DNA from: an uncultured Clostridia bacterium
Lineage (GTDB): Bacteria; Bacillota; Clostridia; Christensenellales; Aristaeellaceae
DNA length: 64,000 nt
Assembly (NCBI GenBank): GCA_934621485.1
Contig: CAKTUS010000002.1
Location: 12,656-76,655 of the forward strand
Direction: 5' to 3'
Shown here piece by piece: positions 8,238-17,605 of the stretch; position 1 is the first letter of the stretch, and each line of letters starts with the position of its first letter. The position numbers were made by a program, and so were the translations under genes. The notes below the pieces were generated by a model that searched no databases, had not been told where the DNA came from, and saw nothing but the letters and a program-made list of their open reading frames with translations.

Positions 8238-9781
8238 TTGGTGACACCGCCCTTTATCAGCTGTTTTCCTTTGAACACGATTCGGTAGGTCAAAAAGAAC
8301 TCAGATCCCAAGACGAACAGAAGCAAAATGCCAATGATGACCGTTGCAGAGGCGGATGGTATATTCACACCGTTCACCCGCAGCGTGGCGGACATGGAAA
8401 GGCTTTCACAGCCCTTGTTCATCGCGCTAAACAGTATGGCGACAGCCGCGCCTGCCAGCGGATTCAGCTTCACCAACCACGCTACGGTAATCACCGTAAA
8501 ACCGATATCGCCAGCTACGGTTTCATTCAGCTTGAAATCCGCGCCGCTTATCTTCAGCATGCCGGCAATCCCGGCGATGGCTCCGGAAATCAGCATGGTA
8601 CGCATCACAACCCGCTTCACCGGTACGCCCAGGTATTCCGCCGTTTTTTCCTGTTCGCCCACCACGCGAATTTCAAAGCCATGACGAGTGTATTGCAAAT
8701 AAACCGTTACCAAGACAATGATGATCAGAGCCGCCACCCACCCGCTGGAGCAGCCGAAGATTTTGGTTAGCCGCGCATTGTCCACAAACATGGGACACTG
8801 TCCAAAGGAGGGCATCATCGGGTCCTCCCACGGGCCGCGCCGCAGCAGCTGCACAATATAGGTGGAAATGTAGTTCAGCATGAGTGCAAACAGGGTTTCG
8901 CTGGTATTCCAGTGAATTTTGGCATAAGCGGGCAAAAAAGCAAACAGTGCTCCGCCAACCGCCCCTGCCGCAAACATCAGCGGAATCAGCGCCGCATGCG
9001 GCAACGCATCTCCCAGCCGGTAGGCGAAAAAGGAGGCGAAAACAGCACCCATGGTAAGCTGACCGGCAACGCCCACATTCCAAAAATGCATTTTGAACGC
9101 AACAATGACCGCCATTGTGCCAAGCACCATGGGTATACTCCGCTCCATGGTGATGGTGAGCGCATTGGCCGTGCCGATGGATCCCTTATAGATTTGCTCA
9201 AAAACGGCCAGCGGATTATACCCAATCAGCAGAATCATCAGCATGCTGCAAACCACGGCTCCAAGGATGGCGAGCAGCCGGATGGAAAGCGCCTGCAAAA
9301 AGGTGGGAGGAATTTTCTGGGCGATTCGCTCAAACCGGGAGGCGAACAAAAGCCCAAGAACGCCAAAAGCCAGAAGCAGAATCACGTAATTTACAGCGTA
9401 AACATGCTCGCCGCCAAACAAGGCGTTTACTGCGGCGGGGTTGCCCACTCCAAGCCAGCACAGCAGCAACAACAGCACGACAAGGCCCGCCTGCACATAG
9501 GCTGAAAACAAAGCGCAAAATCGACCGGTCAGTCTTGTAGCGTTTGGCAGAAGCAGCAAAACGGCGCTGAGAATCAAACCAGCCGCTACCAGCGTTGAAA
9601 TCAGGCCGCAAACGACGCCGGCCGCTTTTCCGCCTGTTATCAGAACCCAAGCGGACGCCGCAAAGGAGCCTGCCTCGGTGCTCTGTCCAAGAAAAACAAC
9701 CGCCAGTTGGAGGAAGCTAAGCAGTGAAGCCATGAAACGAAAAACCCGCTTTCGGCTCAGATGAATTTTCTTTGCGTTCAT
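8234..9781 (-). CDS. ABC transporter permease (first permease) with an extra N-terminal membrane domain of about 160 aa
   Basis: The C-terminal roughly 350 aa is a typical YufP/NupP-like permease. The N-terminus adds about 4 predicted TM helices. The ATG at 9781 overlaps the ATPase stop (ATGA), which supports the long form. Confidence 0.8.
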   Translation of the reverse strand: MNAKKIHLSRKRVFRFMASLLSFLQLAVVFLGQSTEAGSFAASAWVLITGGKAAGVVCGLISTLVAAGLILSAVLLLLPNATRLTGRFCALFSAYVQAGLVVLLLLLCWLGVGNPAAVNALFGGEHVYAVNYVILLLAFGVLGLLFASRFERIAQKIPPTFLQALSIRLLAILGAVVCSMLMILLIGYNPLAVFEQIYKGSIGTANALTITMERSIPMVLGTMAVIVAFKMHFWNVGVAGQLTMGAVFASFFAYRLGDALPHAALIPLMFAAGAVGGALFAFLPAYAKIHWNTSETLFALMLNYISTYIVQLLRRGPWEDPMMPSFGQCPMFVDNARLTKIFGCSSGWVAALIIIVLVTVYLQYTRHGFEIRVVGEQEKTAEYLGVPVKRVVMRTMLISGAIAGIAGMLKISGADFKLNETVAGDIGFTVITVAWLVKLNPLAGAAVAILFSAMNKGCESLSMSATLRVNGVNIPSASATVIIGILLLFVLGSEFFLTYRIVFKGKQLIKGGVTK

Positions 9782-11355
9782 ACTGACATTTCCTCCTTTC
9801 CGGCGTCGCCCTTCATCATCAGATAGCCAATTTCACTTTTGGTGGTTTCGGCCGGCCGCACGCAGCCAGCCGCTTCTCCTCCGCACAAAACCAGCACGCG
9901 GTCGCAAATGCCAAGCAAAGCGTCCAGGTCTTCGCCGATAAACAGCACGCAGGCTCCACGCAGCTTTTCCTGCGTCATCAGGTCATAGATTTTGTAGGTT
10001 GCGCCAATATCCAGACCGCGCACGGGATAGGCGGCAATCAGCAGCTGCGGATGCCCCTGAATTTCCCGGCCCAGGAGCACCTTTTGCACATTGCCGCCGG
10101 ACAAGCGGCTTACCGGCGTAACCAAATCGGGGGCGGAAATATCCAAATCCCTGACCATTTGTTCGCAGGTTTCGGCGGCGGATTTTTTGTTCAGAAAAAA
10201 ACCGTCCGTGCGCTCAAAAGAACGAAGCAGCACGTTTTCCATCATGCCCAACGTGGGAATCAGCCCCATGCCCAGCCGATCTTCGGGAACATAAGCGATA
10301 TGAACGCCCGCATCGTAAATTTCCAGCGGGGTCATGCCCTGAATCTCTTTTCCCCCGGCTTCAATTACTCCGTTTTCCGGGGCCGTAACGCCGGCCAGCG
10401 CGTCGCACAGTTCCTTTTGGCCGCTGCCTGCAATGCCAGCAACGCCGAGGATTTCTCCTGCGTAGGCCTCAAAGCTGAGGTTTTTCACGTTTTCCGTACC
10501 CGATATTCCGCGTACCGTCAGGTTTTTCACCTTCAAATACGGCTGGGTTTCCCTGCTGACCGGGCAGGTCAGCGAAAGCTTCGCCGGATGGCCCACCATG
10601 TCGAATGTAAGCTGTTCGGGCGTAACGGCGCGCATATCCAGTTCTTCAATGAACTTTCCTTTGCGCAGAACGGTTACTTTGTCCGCCACGGCAAACAACT
10701 CGTTCATTTTATGACTGATTAAGACCACGCACTTGCCCTCTGCCTTCATACGGCGAAGCACATCAAACAGCCGGTCGGTTTCCTGCGGCGTCAGCACGGC
10801 GGTGGGTTCATCCAGAATCAGGATCTCCGCCCCGCGGTAAAGCGCCTTGATGATTTCCACGGTTTGCTTTTCAGAAACCGACATTTCATAAATTCTGCGT
10901 TCCGGGTCAATGCGAAAACCGTAAGTATCAATCATTTGACGAATCTCCGCGCTGACTTTTCGGCGATTCAGCAAAAGCGTGCCTTTCAGCCCAAGGATAA
11001 TGTTTTCCGTAGCGGTAAGCACATCCACCAGCATGAAATGCTGATGAATCATGCCAATGCCCAGCTGATAGGCTGCTTTGGGCGAATCGATTATCGTTTT
11101 TCTGCCATCCACCCAGATTTCTCCGTCATCCGGCTGATAAATCCCCGATAGCATATTGACCAGCGTGGTCTTGCCGCTGCCGTTTTCGCCAAGGAGCGCA
11201 TGAATTTCACCCCACTTCAGGTTCAGCTCTACCTGATCGTTGGCAACGACCCGGCCAAACGTTTTGCAGCAGCGCTTCATCTGGACTGCGTATTCCGATT
11301 CGTGTACGGTTTTCAACCAGTTCATCTCCCCGTGAGCCTTTCGGCCCGGATTCAT
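9778..11355 (-). CDS. ABC transporter ATP-binding protein (tandem ATPase domains)
   Basis: Walker A GENGSGKTT, signature LSVSEKQ, and a second signature LSGGNVQK. The ATG at 11355 (MNPGRK) overlaps the adenine deaminase stop (ATGA). MNWLK at 11325 is an alternative start. Confidence 0.9.
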   Translation of the reverse strand: MNPGRKAHGEMNWLKTVHESEYAVQMKRCCKTFGRVVANDQVELNLKWGEIHALLGENGSGKTTLVNMLSGIYQPDDGEIWVDGRKTIIDSPKAAYQLGIGMIHQHFMLVDVLTATENIILGLKGTLLLNRRKVSAEIRQMIDTYGFRIDPERRIYEMSVSEKQTVEIIKALYRGAEILILDEPTAVLTPQETDRLFDVLRRMKAEGKCVVLISHKMNELFAVADKVTVLRKGKFIEELDMRAVTPEQLTFDMVGHPAKLSLTCPVSRETQPYLKVKNLTVRGISGTENVKNLSFEAYAGEILGVAGIAGSGQKELCDALAGVTAPENGVIEAGGKEIQGMTPLEIYDAGVHIAYVPEDRLGMGLIPTLGMMENVLLRSFERTDGFFLNKKSAAETCEQMVRDLDISAPDLVTPVSRLSGGNVQKVLLGREIQGHPQLLIAAYPVRGLDIGATYKIYDLMTQEKLRGACVLFIGEDLDALLGICDRVLVLCGGEAAGCVRPAETTKSEIGYLMMKGDAGKEEMSV

Positions 11356-13121
11356 TTTTGCTTTTTGCGGAAGGAGGGAACGCGCGTACGGGTCAGCCCG
11401 TCCACCATGTCGGTATCCGTCATGGAAATACCGGGCATAACGGTCAGCGCCAGCAAAGACAGTTTCAGCAGGGAAGGGTTCTCCCAAATTTGCTGAAGCC
11501 GTTCATCCAAAACATCCAGCTGCTTCACCAGCTCTGCGCAGGGCACATCCGCCATCAGGCCGGCAACCGGCAGGCACACCTCTCCCAGCACCGCGCCATT
11601 CTTCACCGCAACAATACCGCCGCCGGTTTCGCGCAAGCGGTTAACGGCTACGGCGCCGTCGGCGGGATCCCTGTATGCAACAATGATGTTGTGGCAGTCA
11701 TGGGAAATGGTGGTTGCCATCGCGCCCGTTTTCAGCCCGAAATGCTTGTACACGGCAATGCACTTTGTTCCCCGGTTGAATCGGTTAAAAACCGCCACGA
11801 AGCAGTACTCCGGTTTTTCGGAAAGATCCACCGCGCCGTTTACCATGGGCAGTTCCTCCCACTCGGCGGCAAACTCCAGCCGATTGCCGCTTGCGCAGTT
11901 GATTACGGCAATCTCCGCATCCCGCTCCGGCGCCTTCAGCAGACAGTCCTCCGCCGTCAAGGGCGCCAGCTGCACCGTATTCAGAAAAGGCGCCGTTCGC
12001 TTTTCAGCCGGCGGCGGCAGCAGTTTTCCATGGGCCACCACCATTTTTCCGCCTACAAACACCATATCCGGTTCTCTTCCGTCCAGTTCGTCCACCAGCT
12101 GCATATCGGCCGCAAAGCCCGGCGCAATAGCGCCGATGTCTTCAAAACCGGTTTCACGCGCCGGGTTCCAGGTGCAGCAGCGAATGGCGTCCATCGTGTC
12201 CATTCCAGCGTCCAGCAGCGCCCGGAGCAAGGCGTTCACATGACCGCGCTGCTGCATGTCCTTGGCATGAACGTCGTCGGTGCACACAGAAAGAAAATCA
12301 TAGTAGCGCATGCCTTCCGTGCCGGCTACCATCTTTTGCAAACCAAACATGGTGGACAGCGAAGAACACTGCATATTGGCATGCATCCCAATGCGCATGC
12401 ACTCCCGCACATCATCCGCGCTCAAAACGGTATGGGTATTCATCACACCGGCCAGGCGGTAGGCGGACATGTTCCGTCCGGTTACATAAGGCGCATGCCC
12501 CTGGATGACCACATCCCGCTTGCGGCCTTCGGCCAGAATATCCCGCATAAACGGCTGATCCGTAATCACGGCGTTGGAATCCATAACCTCTGCAATGCCG
12601 TAAATACCTTCAGAATCCAACAGTTGAGCCATTTGCGGCGCACGGATGGGAAAGGGAACCGTTTCAAACTCAGCGTCGGCAGGAATACAGGAGGAGGCCA
12701 GATTGAACTGGCGCATGGGCGAGCGCTTGGCGTCTTCCACCATCCAGAGGATGCCCTCGATACCGCACACGTTGCCAATTTCATGGGGATCTGTCATTGC
12801 GCTGGTCGTTCCATGCAATACGGCTTCCCGACCGAAGCTTTCCGGCGTCAGCATGGAGGATTCCACGTGCATATGGATTTCCACAAAACCGGGCAGCAGG
12901 TATTTGCCATGGCCATCCACAACCTTTCCGCTTACGGAATCGCACTTTTCACCCGGTTGCACGTGCACAATCACGCCGTCTTTCACGTCTACGCTTGCAG
13001 GATAGATTTCGCCCGTCAGGACATTGACCAGCTTTACATTTTGGATGGTCAGGTCACAAGGAATTTTCTTCGTGGCAGCGGCAATCAGCGAAGAATAGTC
13101 TCTGTTTTGAATCACTTTCAT
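11352..13121 (-). CDS. ade: Adenine deaminase
   Basis: Amidohydrolase fold with GFVEIHMHVESSML, and the length and architecture of Ade. The ATG at 13121 (MKVIQNRDY) is preferred over the one at 13148. Confidence 0.85.
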   Translation of the reverse strand: MKVIQNRDYSSLIAAATKKIPCDLTIQNVKLVNVLTGEIYPASVDVKDGVIVHVQPGEKCDSVSGKVVDGHGKYLLPGFVEIHMHVESSMLTPESFGREAVLHGTTSAMTDPHEIGNVCGIEGILWMVEDAKRSPMRQFNLASSCIPADAEFETVPFPIRAPQMAQLLDSEGIYGIAEVMDSNAVITDQPFMRDILAEGRKRDVVIQGHAPYVTGRNMSAYRLAGVMNTHTVLSADDVRECMRIGMHANMQCSSLSTMFGLQKMVAGTEGMRYYDFLSVCTDDVHAKDMQQRGHVNALLRALLDAGMDTMDAIRCCTWNPARETGFEDIGAIAPGFAADMQLVDELDGREPDMVFVGGKMVVAHGKLLPPPAEKRTAPFLNTVQLAPLTAEDCLLKAPERDAEIAVINCASGNRLEFAAEWEELPMVNGAVDLSEKPEYCFVAVFNRFNRGTKCIAVYKHFGLKTGAMATTISHDCHNIIVAYRDPADGAVAVNRLRETGGGIVAVKNGAVLGEVCLPVAGLMADVPCAELVKQLDVLDERLQQIWENPSLLKLSLLALTVMPGISMTDTDMVDGLTRTRVPSFRKKQK

Positions 13122-13212
13122 AACGCTTTCCCCTTTTCGTATATCCACTTGAAAACAGAAAAGAATACGGGGATTCGGCCATCACCGCACCCCCGTATCG
13201 ATGCTTTCCAGA

Positions 13213-14295
13213 TTACTTTACGACAACACCCTTGACCAGCAAGTCGGTCATACCGGAGTAAAGATAATCATCGGTAAAGGTGGAAGCGGGAATCAAATTG
13301 CCGTCCACATCATAAACATCCTGCTGGAATACATCCCATTCGCCGCTCGCCATCTTGTCCATGGCAGCCAGCACAGCTTTTTCCGTGCCTTCAGCCACAT
13401 TTTTGCTGAAGGGAGTCAGGTACAGGGTGCCGTCCGCTACGTCGCCATAGATCAGGCCGCCGTTAAACTCGCCGGCAACAATGGTGCCGATCAGTTTGGT
13501 GTAAATCGCGCCCCAGTTCATGCAGGCGGCAAACAGATGAGCGTCAGGAGCAAACTCCGTCATATCATAGTCGCTGCCCAGACCCCACACGCCGCGTTCC
13601 TGCGCAGCGGTCTGAGGGCCGGTAGTGTTCACATACTGGCAGATCACATCGCAGCCCAGGTCAATCAAGGCGTTGGCGGCGGCGGTTTCACCATCCGGAT
13701 CGTACCAGCTGTTGGTGTACTTCACATACACGGCAACGTCCGGATTGATGCTCTGAGCGCCCAAAGCATAAGCATTGAGGGAAACGTTCACCTCGGCGTT
13801 CTTGAACGCGCCCACAAAGCCGATTTTGCCGGTCTGGCTGCGAAGAGCCGCGGCAATGCCCTGCAAATACCGGGTTTGATAGTTGCGGGCGTTAAAGCGG
13901 CAGAAGTTGGAATCGTTCTGCAGCAGGCCGCTGTAATGGCAGAACAGCACCTGGGGATTCTGCTGAGCCGCTTCAAACATATAGGTCTGGAAACCGAAGC
14001 TGTTGCCGATAATCACATTGCAGCCATTGCTGATGAGTTCGCTGATAGCGTCTGCGCAGGTATTGTCATCAGCCACGTTTTCCAAAATGGTAATCTGGCT
14101 GTCTTCAACGCCCAGATTCTTCTGCATTTCCTGCAAGCCCACCAAGTGGCTGTAGTTGAAACCCATGTCGGAAGTATCGCCGATCATGATCACGCCGATT
14201 CGCAGGTCCGCCGGATCAATCGCTTCGTTTGCAAAACCAACGGCGCACATTAGCACAAGAGCCAGGCAGAGCATTACAGCAACAATCTTTTTCAT
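13213..14295 (-). CDS. BMP family (PnrA/Med-like) ABC substrate-binding lipoprotein
   Basis: Lipoprotein signal MKKIVAVMLCLALVLMCAVG. BMP-like motifs are present (IGVIMIGDTSDMGFN..., GAFKNAEV). It is the first gene of the operon. Confidence 0.85.
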   Translation of the reverse strand: MKKIVAVMLCLALVLMCAVGFANEAIDPADLRIGVIMIGDTSDMGFNYSHLVGLQEMQKNLGVEDSQITILENVADDNTCADAISELISNGCNVIIGNSFGFQTYMFEAAQQNPQVLFCHYSGLLQNDSNFCRFNARNYQTRYLQGIAAALRSQTGKIGFVGAFKNAEVNVSLNAYALGAQSINPDVAVYVKYTNSWYDPDGETAAANALIDLGCDVICQYVNTTGPQTAAQERGVWGLGSDYDMTEFAPDAHLFAACMNWGAIYTKLIGTIVAGEFNGGLIYGDVADGTLYLTPFSKNVAEGTEKAVLAAMDKMASGEWDVFQQDVYDVDGNLIPASTFTDDYLYSGMTDLLVKGVVVK

Positions 14296-14336
14296 ACACG
14301 GTCTCCTTTAATGTTCGTGTTTTTGTGCTATTTTTA

Positions 14337-14376
14337 AGGCACGTGCCTATTATATACACTTTATCTCATTTGTCAA
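14337..14376 (-). promoter_or_regulatory. Promoter of the BMP-ade-ABC operon with an adjacent 12-bp palindrome
   Basis: Minus strand reads TTGACA (14371-14376)-16 nt-TATAAT (14349-14354), immediately followed by the perfect palindrome AGGCACGTGCCT (14337-14348) at the predicted start of transcription. Confidence 0.65.
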
Positions 14377-14686
14377 CGAGTATTTTTCCGAACTTTTATT
14401 TTTGATTTATGATAATAATTCACATTTATTTCCTCTGGCGGCAGCTGACAGGAAAAGGCGAAACGAATACCGCAGCGCTCCGCATGTTTTCTTTTCGATT
14501 GACGTTTTTCTGCTTTCCGTGTTGAGCAGGCCAAAAGCCTTTTTGATTTTTCTTCGGAAACACTGGCCGAAAAGGCTTTCTTTCGATTTTCTTCGCGCTT
14601 TTCTGGCATTTGCGCCTTTTCTTTTGCTCCAAAATGCGTTAGAATAAATTGATATCCTTGAAAACCCGTTGGAAAGGCGGAGCGTA

Positions 14687-15550
14687 ATGTTCCAGTTGAT
14701 TGTAAATCCGGTTGCCGGAAACGGTCTGGCAAAGCACATTGGCGAGGAAGCCGCCAAACGCCTGGCTGATAAGGGAATCCCCTTTGATTTTCACCTGACC
14801 GATCATCCCGGCCACGCTACCGAGCTGGCCCAGCTTGCGGCGCAGGCGGGTCATGAAACGGTTGTCGCCTTTGGCGGCGACGGCACGGTAACCGAGACGG
14901 CCGCCGGCCTGCGGGGCACCCGCACGGCGCTGGGCATTGTGCCTGCCGGAACCGGGAACGATTTCATCAAAACCGTTGCCCTTCCCAAGCAGTGGGACGA
15001 GGCGTTGGATTTCATTCTCACCCATCCTCCGCGCCCCGTAAACACGGGCATGATGAACGACCGGTTTTTTATGAACGTTTGCGGCGCCGGATTTGATGTG
15101 ATGGTGCTGGATTTTGCCGAAAGTGCCAAAAAGAAGGTGCGCGGCATTTGGCCCTATCTATATGGCGTGCTTCGCGCCATCAAAGCGTTTCGCCCGTTTG
15201 AAATGCACGTGGAAATCGACGGCAAGCCCATGGACGGCAAGTATATGATTTGCTCCATCGGCAACGGCCGGTTCATCGGCGGCGGTATTCCCATTACGCC
15301 CCTGGCCGACGTGACCGACGGATTGTTTGACGTTCTGGTGGTGGATGCGGTGCCCAGATGGAAGATTCCCTTCTATCTGCCTTCGCTGATGCTGGGCAAG
15401 TTGCATCAGCACGCCATTGCCCACCGCTACCTGGCTTCTACCTGCACCCTTTCTTCGCCTCACATGCGGCTGAATCTAGATGGAGAAATCCTGCCCATTG
15501 AAAGCGCTCATTTTGTTTGCGAGACCGATGCGCTGCTGTTGCATTGGTAA
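14687..15550 (+). CDS. Diacylglycerol/lipid kinase family protein (YegS/DagK-like)
   Basis: N-terminal LIVNPVAGNG and the GGDGTV motif. RBS GGAAAGGCGGAG lies before the ATG at 14687. Confidence 0.85.
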   Translation: MFQLIVNPVAGNGLAKHIGEEAAKRLADKGIPFDFHLTDHPGHATELAQLAAQAGHETVVAFGGDGTVTETAAGLRGTRTALGIVPAGTGNDFIKTVALPKQWDEALDFILTHPPRPVNTGMMNDRFFMNVCGAGFDVMVLDFAESAKKKVRGIWPYLYGVLRAIKAFRPFEMHVEIDGKPMDGKYMICSIGNGRFIGGGIPITPLADVTDGLFDVLVVDAVPRWKIPFYLPSLMLGKLHQHAIAHRYLASTCTLSSPHMRLNLDGEILPIESAHFVCETDALLLHW

Positions 15551-15650
15551 CCTGTAAAAACCAGCTTTTCAAGCGAACAGGCTTGCTTTTTTGTGGTATA
15601 CTAAGAGCGGGGTGCGGGATGCGCCGCCCATCCGCAAGGGAGGAAACGTC

Positions 15651-16658
15651 ATGCGAAAAAGTATCTGGCTGGCGCTGCTTACCCTGCTGCTGGCGGTCTT
15701 CCCTGCGCTGGCCGAAGAGGACGAGGTTTCTCTTTCCGATTTGCCGCCCAGGCCGGCGGTTTATCTTATCAGTCCCGCCCCGGAAAGCAGCTATGAAAGC
15801 GGCGGAAAGCTGACGGTGCGGGTGGAAGGCGTCAACGTTGCGTATTACGTGGTGGAATTGGAGGTAGAAGGTCATCTCTATCGGCAGGAGCAGGAAGGCG
15901 ATGTGTTTGAACACGTTTTCACCTTCAATCAGCCGCCCTGTGAGGAGGCTGTGTTGCGCGTGCAGGGCTTTGCCAGTACAAATCCCACCGCCGCAACGCC
16001 TGTGGCCGCCATTACCCGCCGGGTGCTTTCACCCAAGGAAGAGCTCATTGAACGAATGATCGCTCTGGCTTATGCCAATTCAAAGGATAAGCGCTACAAG
16101 TTTGCACCGGCTGAGGAGGATGGCGATATCGGCGTTTGTAAAAACTTCGTCATGCGGCTGTTTGATACCTACGCTAAGGAATACCGCATGCGCGCTTATC
16201 CAGACCTGGCGCTGCACATGCCCAAAAACAACAGCAAGGCCGCCTGCGCGCCCTATGATTACGGCATTGAGTGGCGGCCTGAAACTGCCGAAGACGGCAG
16301 CCCCTTTGAAATAGCGGCCCAATTCAAATATGACGACAGCCTCACGGAGGAAGAAAACGCTCAACTGGCCCGTCAGCTGCTTGTGCAAATTCAAAAGGGG
16401 GATTTTTTTCAAATCGTGGGCTACTATGGCGGCGGCAACGGCCCGCACAGCATGTATATCATTCAGGATTACGACCCGGTTTCCCAACAAATTCACTGGA
16501 CCGACAGCAACATGCGCGGCACGCGCATCAACGGCGTTCGCTGGGGCTATATGCAATTCGACGCCGACGCCAGCGTAGACTGGTGGGTAAAGGTTTTTAA
16601 CCGCAGAAAGCGCGGCGCTACCCTCTACCGGTTGCGGGACGACCTGTATAAGCAGTAG
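15651..16658 (+). CDS. Secreted protein of unknown function with possible Cys/His hydrolase motifs
   Basis: Signal peptide MRKSIWLALLTLLLAVFPALA follows the RBS GGGAGGAA. It contains IGVCKNFV and NGPHSMYI, reminiscent of NlpC/P60- or CHAP-type nucleophile and His motifs. This is unverified. Confidence 0.6.
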   Translation: MRKSIWLALLTLLLAVFPALAEEDEVSLSDLPPRPAVYLISPAPESSYESGGKLTVRVEGVNVAYYVVELEVEGHLYRQEQEGDVFEHVFTFNQPPCEEAVLRVQGFASTNPTAATPVAAITRRVLSPKEELIERMIALAYANSKDKRYKFAPAEEDGDIGVCKNFVMRLFDTYAKEYRMRAYPDLALHMPKNNSKAACAPYDYGIEWRPETAEDGSPFEIAAQFKYDDSLTEEENAQLARQLLVQIQKGDFFQIVGYYGGGNGPHSMYIIQDYDPVSQQIHWTDSNMRGTRINGVRWGYMQFDADASVDWWVKVFNRRKRGATLYRLRDDLYKQ

Positions 16659-16676
16659 CGGACCGTCTAAGAAAGG

Positions 16677-17111
16677 ATGAGCAAGATGGCAGCTTGGAAC
16701 ACCAATGTGAAAACCGCATTTTTGAAGGGACTGGAAAAAGTAGGTCAGCGCGCCTCCAACTTGGCGAGCAACGCCCACCAGAAGCTGGATGAATTGAATA
16801 TGGAAACCCGTCGCCGGGAATTGCTGCACGAAACCACGGTGCGCGCCATGGAACTGTGGGAAAACGGCGTTAAGCTCCCCGAAGAGTTGGACGCCGTTCT
16901 CTCCGAGCTGCACGATTTGGATCAGCAGCTAACATTGCTGCGAGCCCAGCGCTATGCCAAGGTAGAACAGCCTGATCAGCCGGCGCGGGAAGCAGATGAC
17001 GCAACGGCCGAGGACGCCGCTGCGCCAAACGAGACGGCTGCCCAAGAAACGGAACCGGCTGAAACCCCGGAAGCGCCCATGGACGACGGTAAAACCGGAG
17101 ACAACGCATAG
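16677..17111 (+). CDS. Small coiled-coil protein with an acidic Ala/Glu/Thr-rich tail
   Basis: 144-aa ORF. The start may be the second ATG at 16686, which has better RBS spacing. No family was recognised. Confidence 0.5.
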   Translation: MSKMAAWNTNVKTAFLKGLEKVGQRASNLASNAHQKLDELNMETRRRELLHETTVRAMELWENGVKLPEELDAVLSELHDLDQQLTLLRAQRYAKVEQPDQPAREADDATAEDAAAPNETAAQETEPAETPEAPMDDGKTGDNA

Positions 17112-17200
17112 TTTCTTCGATTCGCCTGGCAGTCGCTCGTTTCGGGCTGCCAACGAAAGAGACAAAGCGGTTTTCCATTTCCCGTAAGGGGATACAAGGC

Positions 17201-17233
17201 AAACGCCGGAGCTCGTTTGGAGTTCCGGCGTTT
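17201..17233 (+). repeat. 33-nt hairpin repeat, copy a
   Basis: aaacgccggagctcgtttggagttccggcgttt matches 17499-17531 in all but one position. The arms aaacgccgga and tccggcgttt are complementary. Confidence 0.85.
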
Positions 17234-17381
17234 CCGTTCGCCCAAAAGCTCTCCTGACGGCGACCGCATCCGAGCTGGAGGAATGTTTTCGGCGTAGCCG
17301 AAAGCCACCGCCTGCCCAACAAAGCCGGTCGATACGATGACCGTCCGACGGTCCGCGACCCCTCGGCCCCCAAAAGGAGAG

Positions 17382-17443
17382 CTTCAACGGGCTGAGCCTT
17401 GCTATGCAAGGCTGACGAACCTGGCGTACACGCCGCCGGTTTC
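17382..17443 (-). repeat. Left-flank and TIR fragment of the repeat family, inverted
   Basis: Reverse complement is gaaaccggcggcgtgtacgccagg..gccttgcatagcaaggctcagcccgttgaag. It matches 1-57 ccggcggcgtgtacatcgg..gccttgcgcagcaaggctcagactgttgaa. Confidence 0.65.
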
Positions 17444-17498
17444 ATCAGCCGCAATGGAGGGCTGCTTCCCTCCGATACCTCCCAGGGGCGACAGGCTG

Positions 17499-17531
17499 AA
17501 ACGCCGGAGCTCGTTTGGAATTCCGGCGTTT
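17499..17531 (+). repeat. 33-nt hairpin repeat, copy b
   Basis: aaacgccggagctcgtttggaattccggcgttt lies 298 bp downstream of copy a, in direct orientation. Confidence 0.85.
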
Positions 17532-17605
17532 GTGCAAACTCTACGCCTCGTTCATTGCCAAGCGCATCGCCGGCTGCTACACTACCCAGGAAGGAGGCGA
17601 TTGCC

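Noticed and set aside
11358-13235. Very long antisense ORFs opposite well-supported genes. Examples are 11358-13235 (625 aa), 13201-14253, 24346-25815, 29991-31298, 39742-41202, 46010-47356 and 48376-49977.
   Set aside because: They lie exactly opposite genes with unmistakable family motifs (adenine deaminase, BMP lipoprotein, VanY-like, HflX, FtsZ, MurD, MurE). Their translations are His/Arg/Gly/Ala-rich low-complexity strings with no motifs. They are typical shadow ORFs of GC-rich DNA.
14296-14668. A purine (or other) riboswitch was expected upstream of the BMP-adenine deaminase-ABC operon.
   Set aside because: The promoter sits only about 50 nt from the start codon. I could not find the conserved purine-riboswitch junction sequences on the minus strand. 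The T-rich 14400-14660 stretch has only weak short hairpins.
17201-17531. CRISPR-like appearance of identical hairpin repeats.
   Set aside because: There are only two copies 298 bp apart, the spacer length is far beyond CRISPR range, there are no cas genes, and the intervening DNA belongs to the dispersed repeat family.
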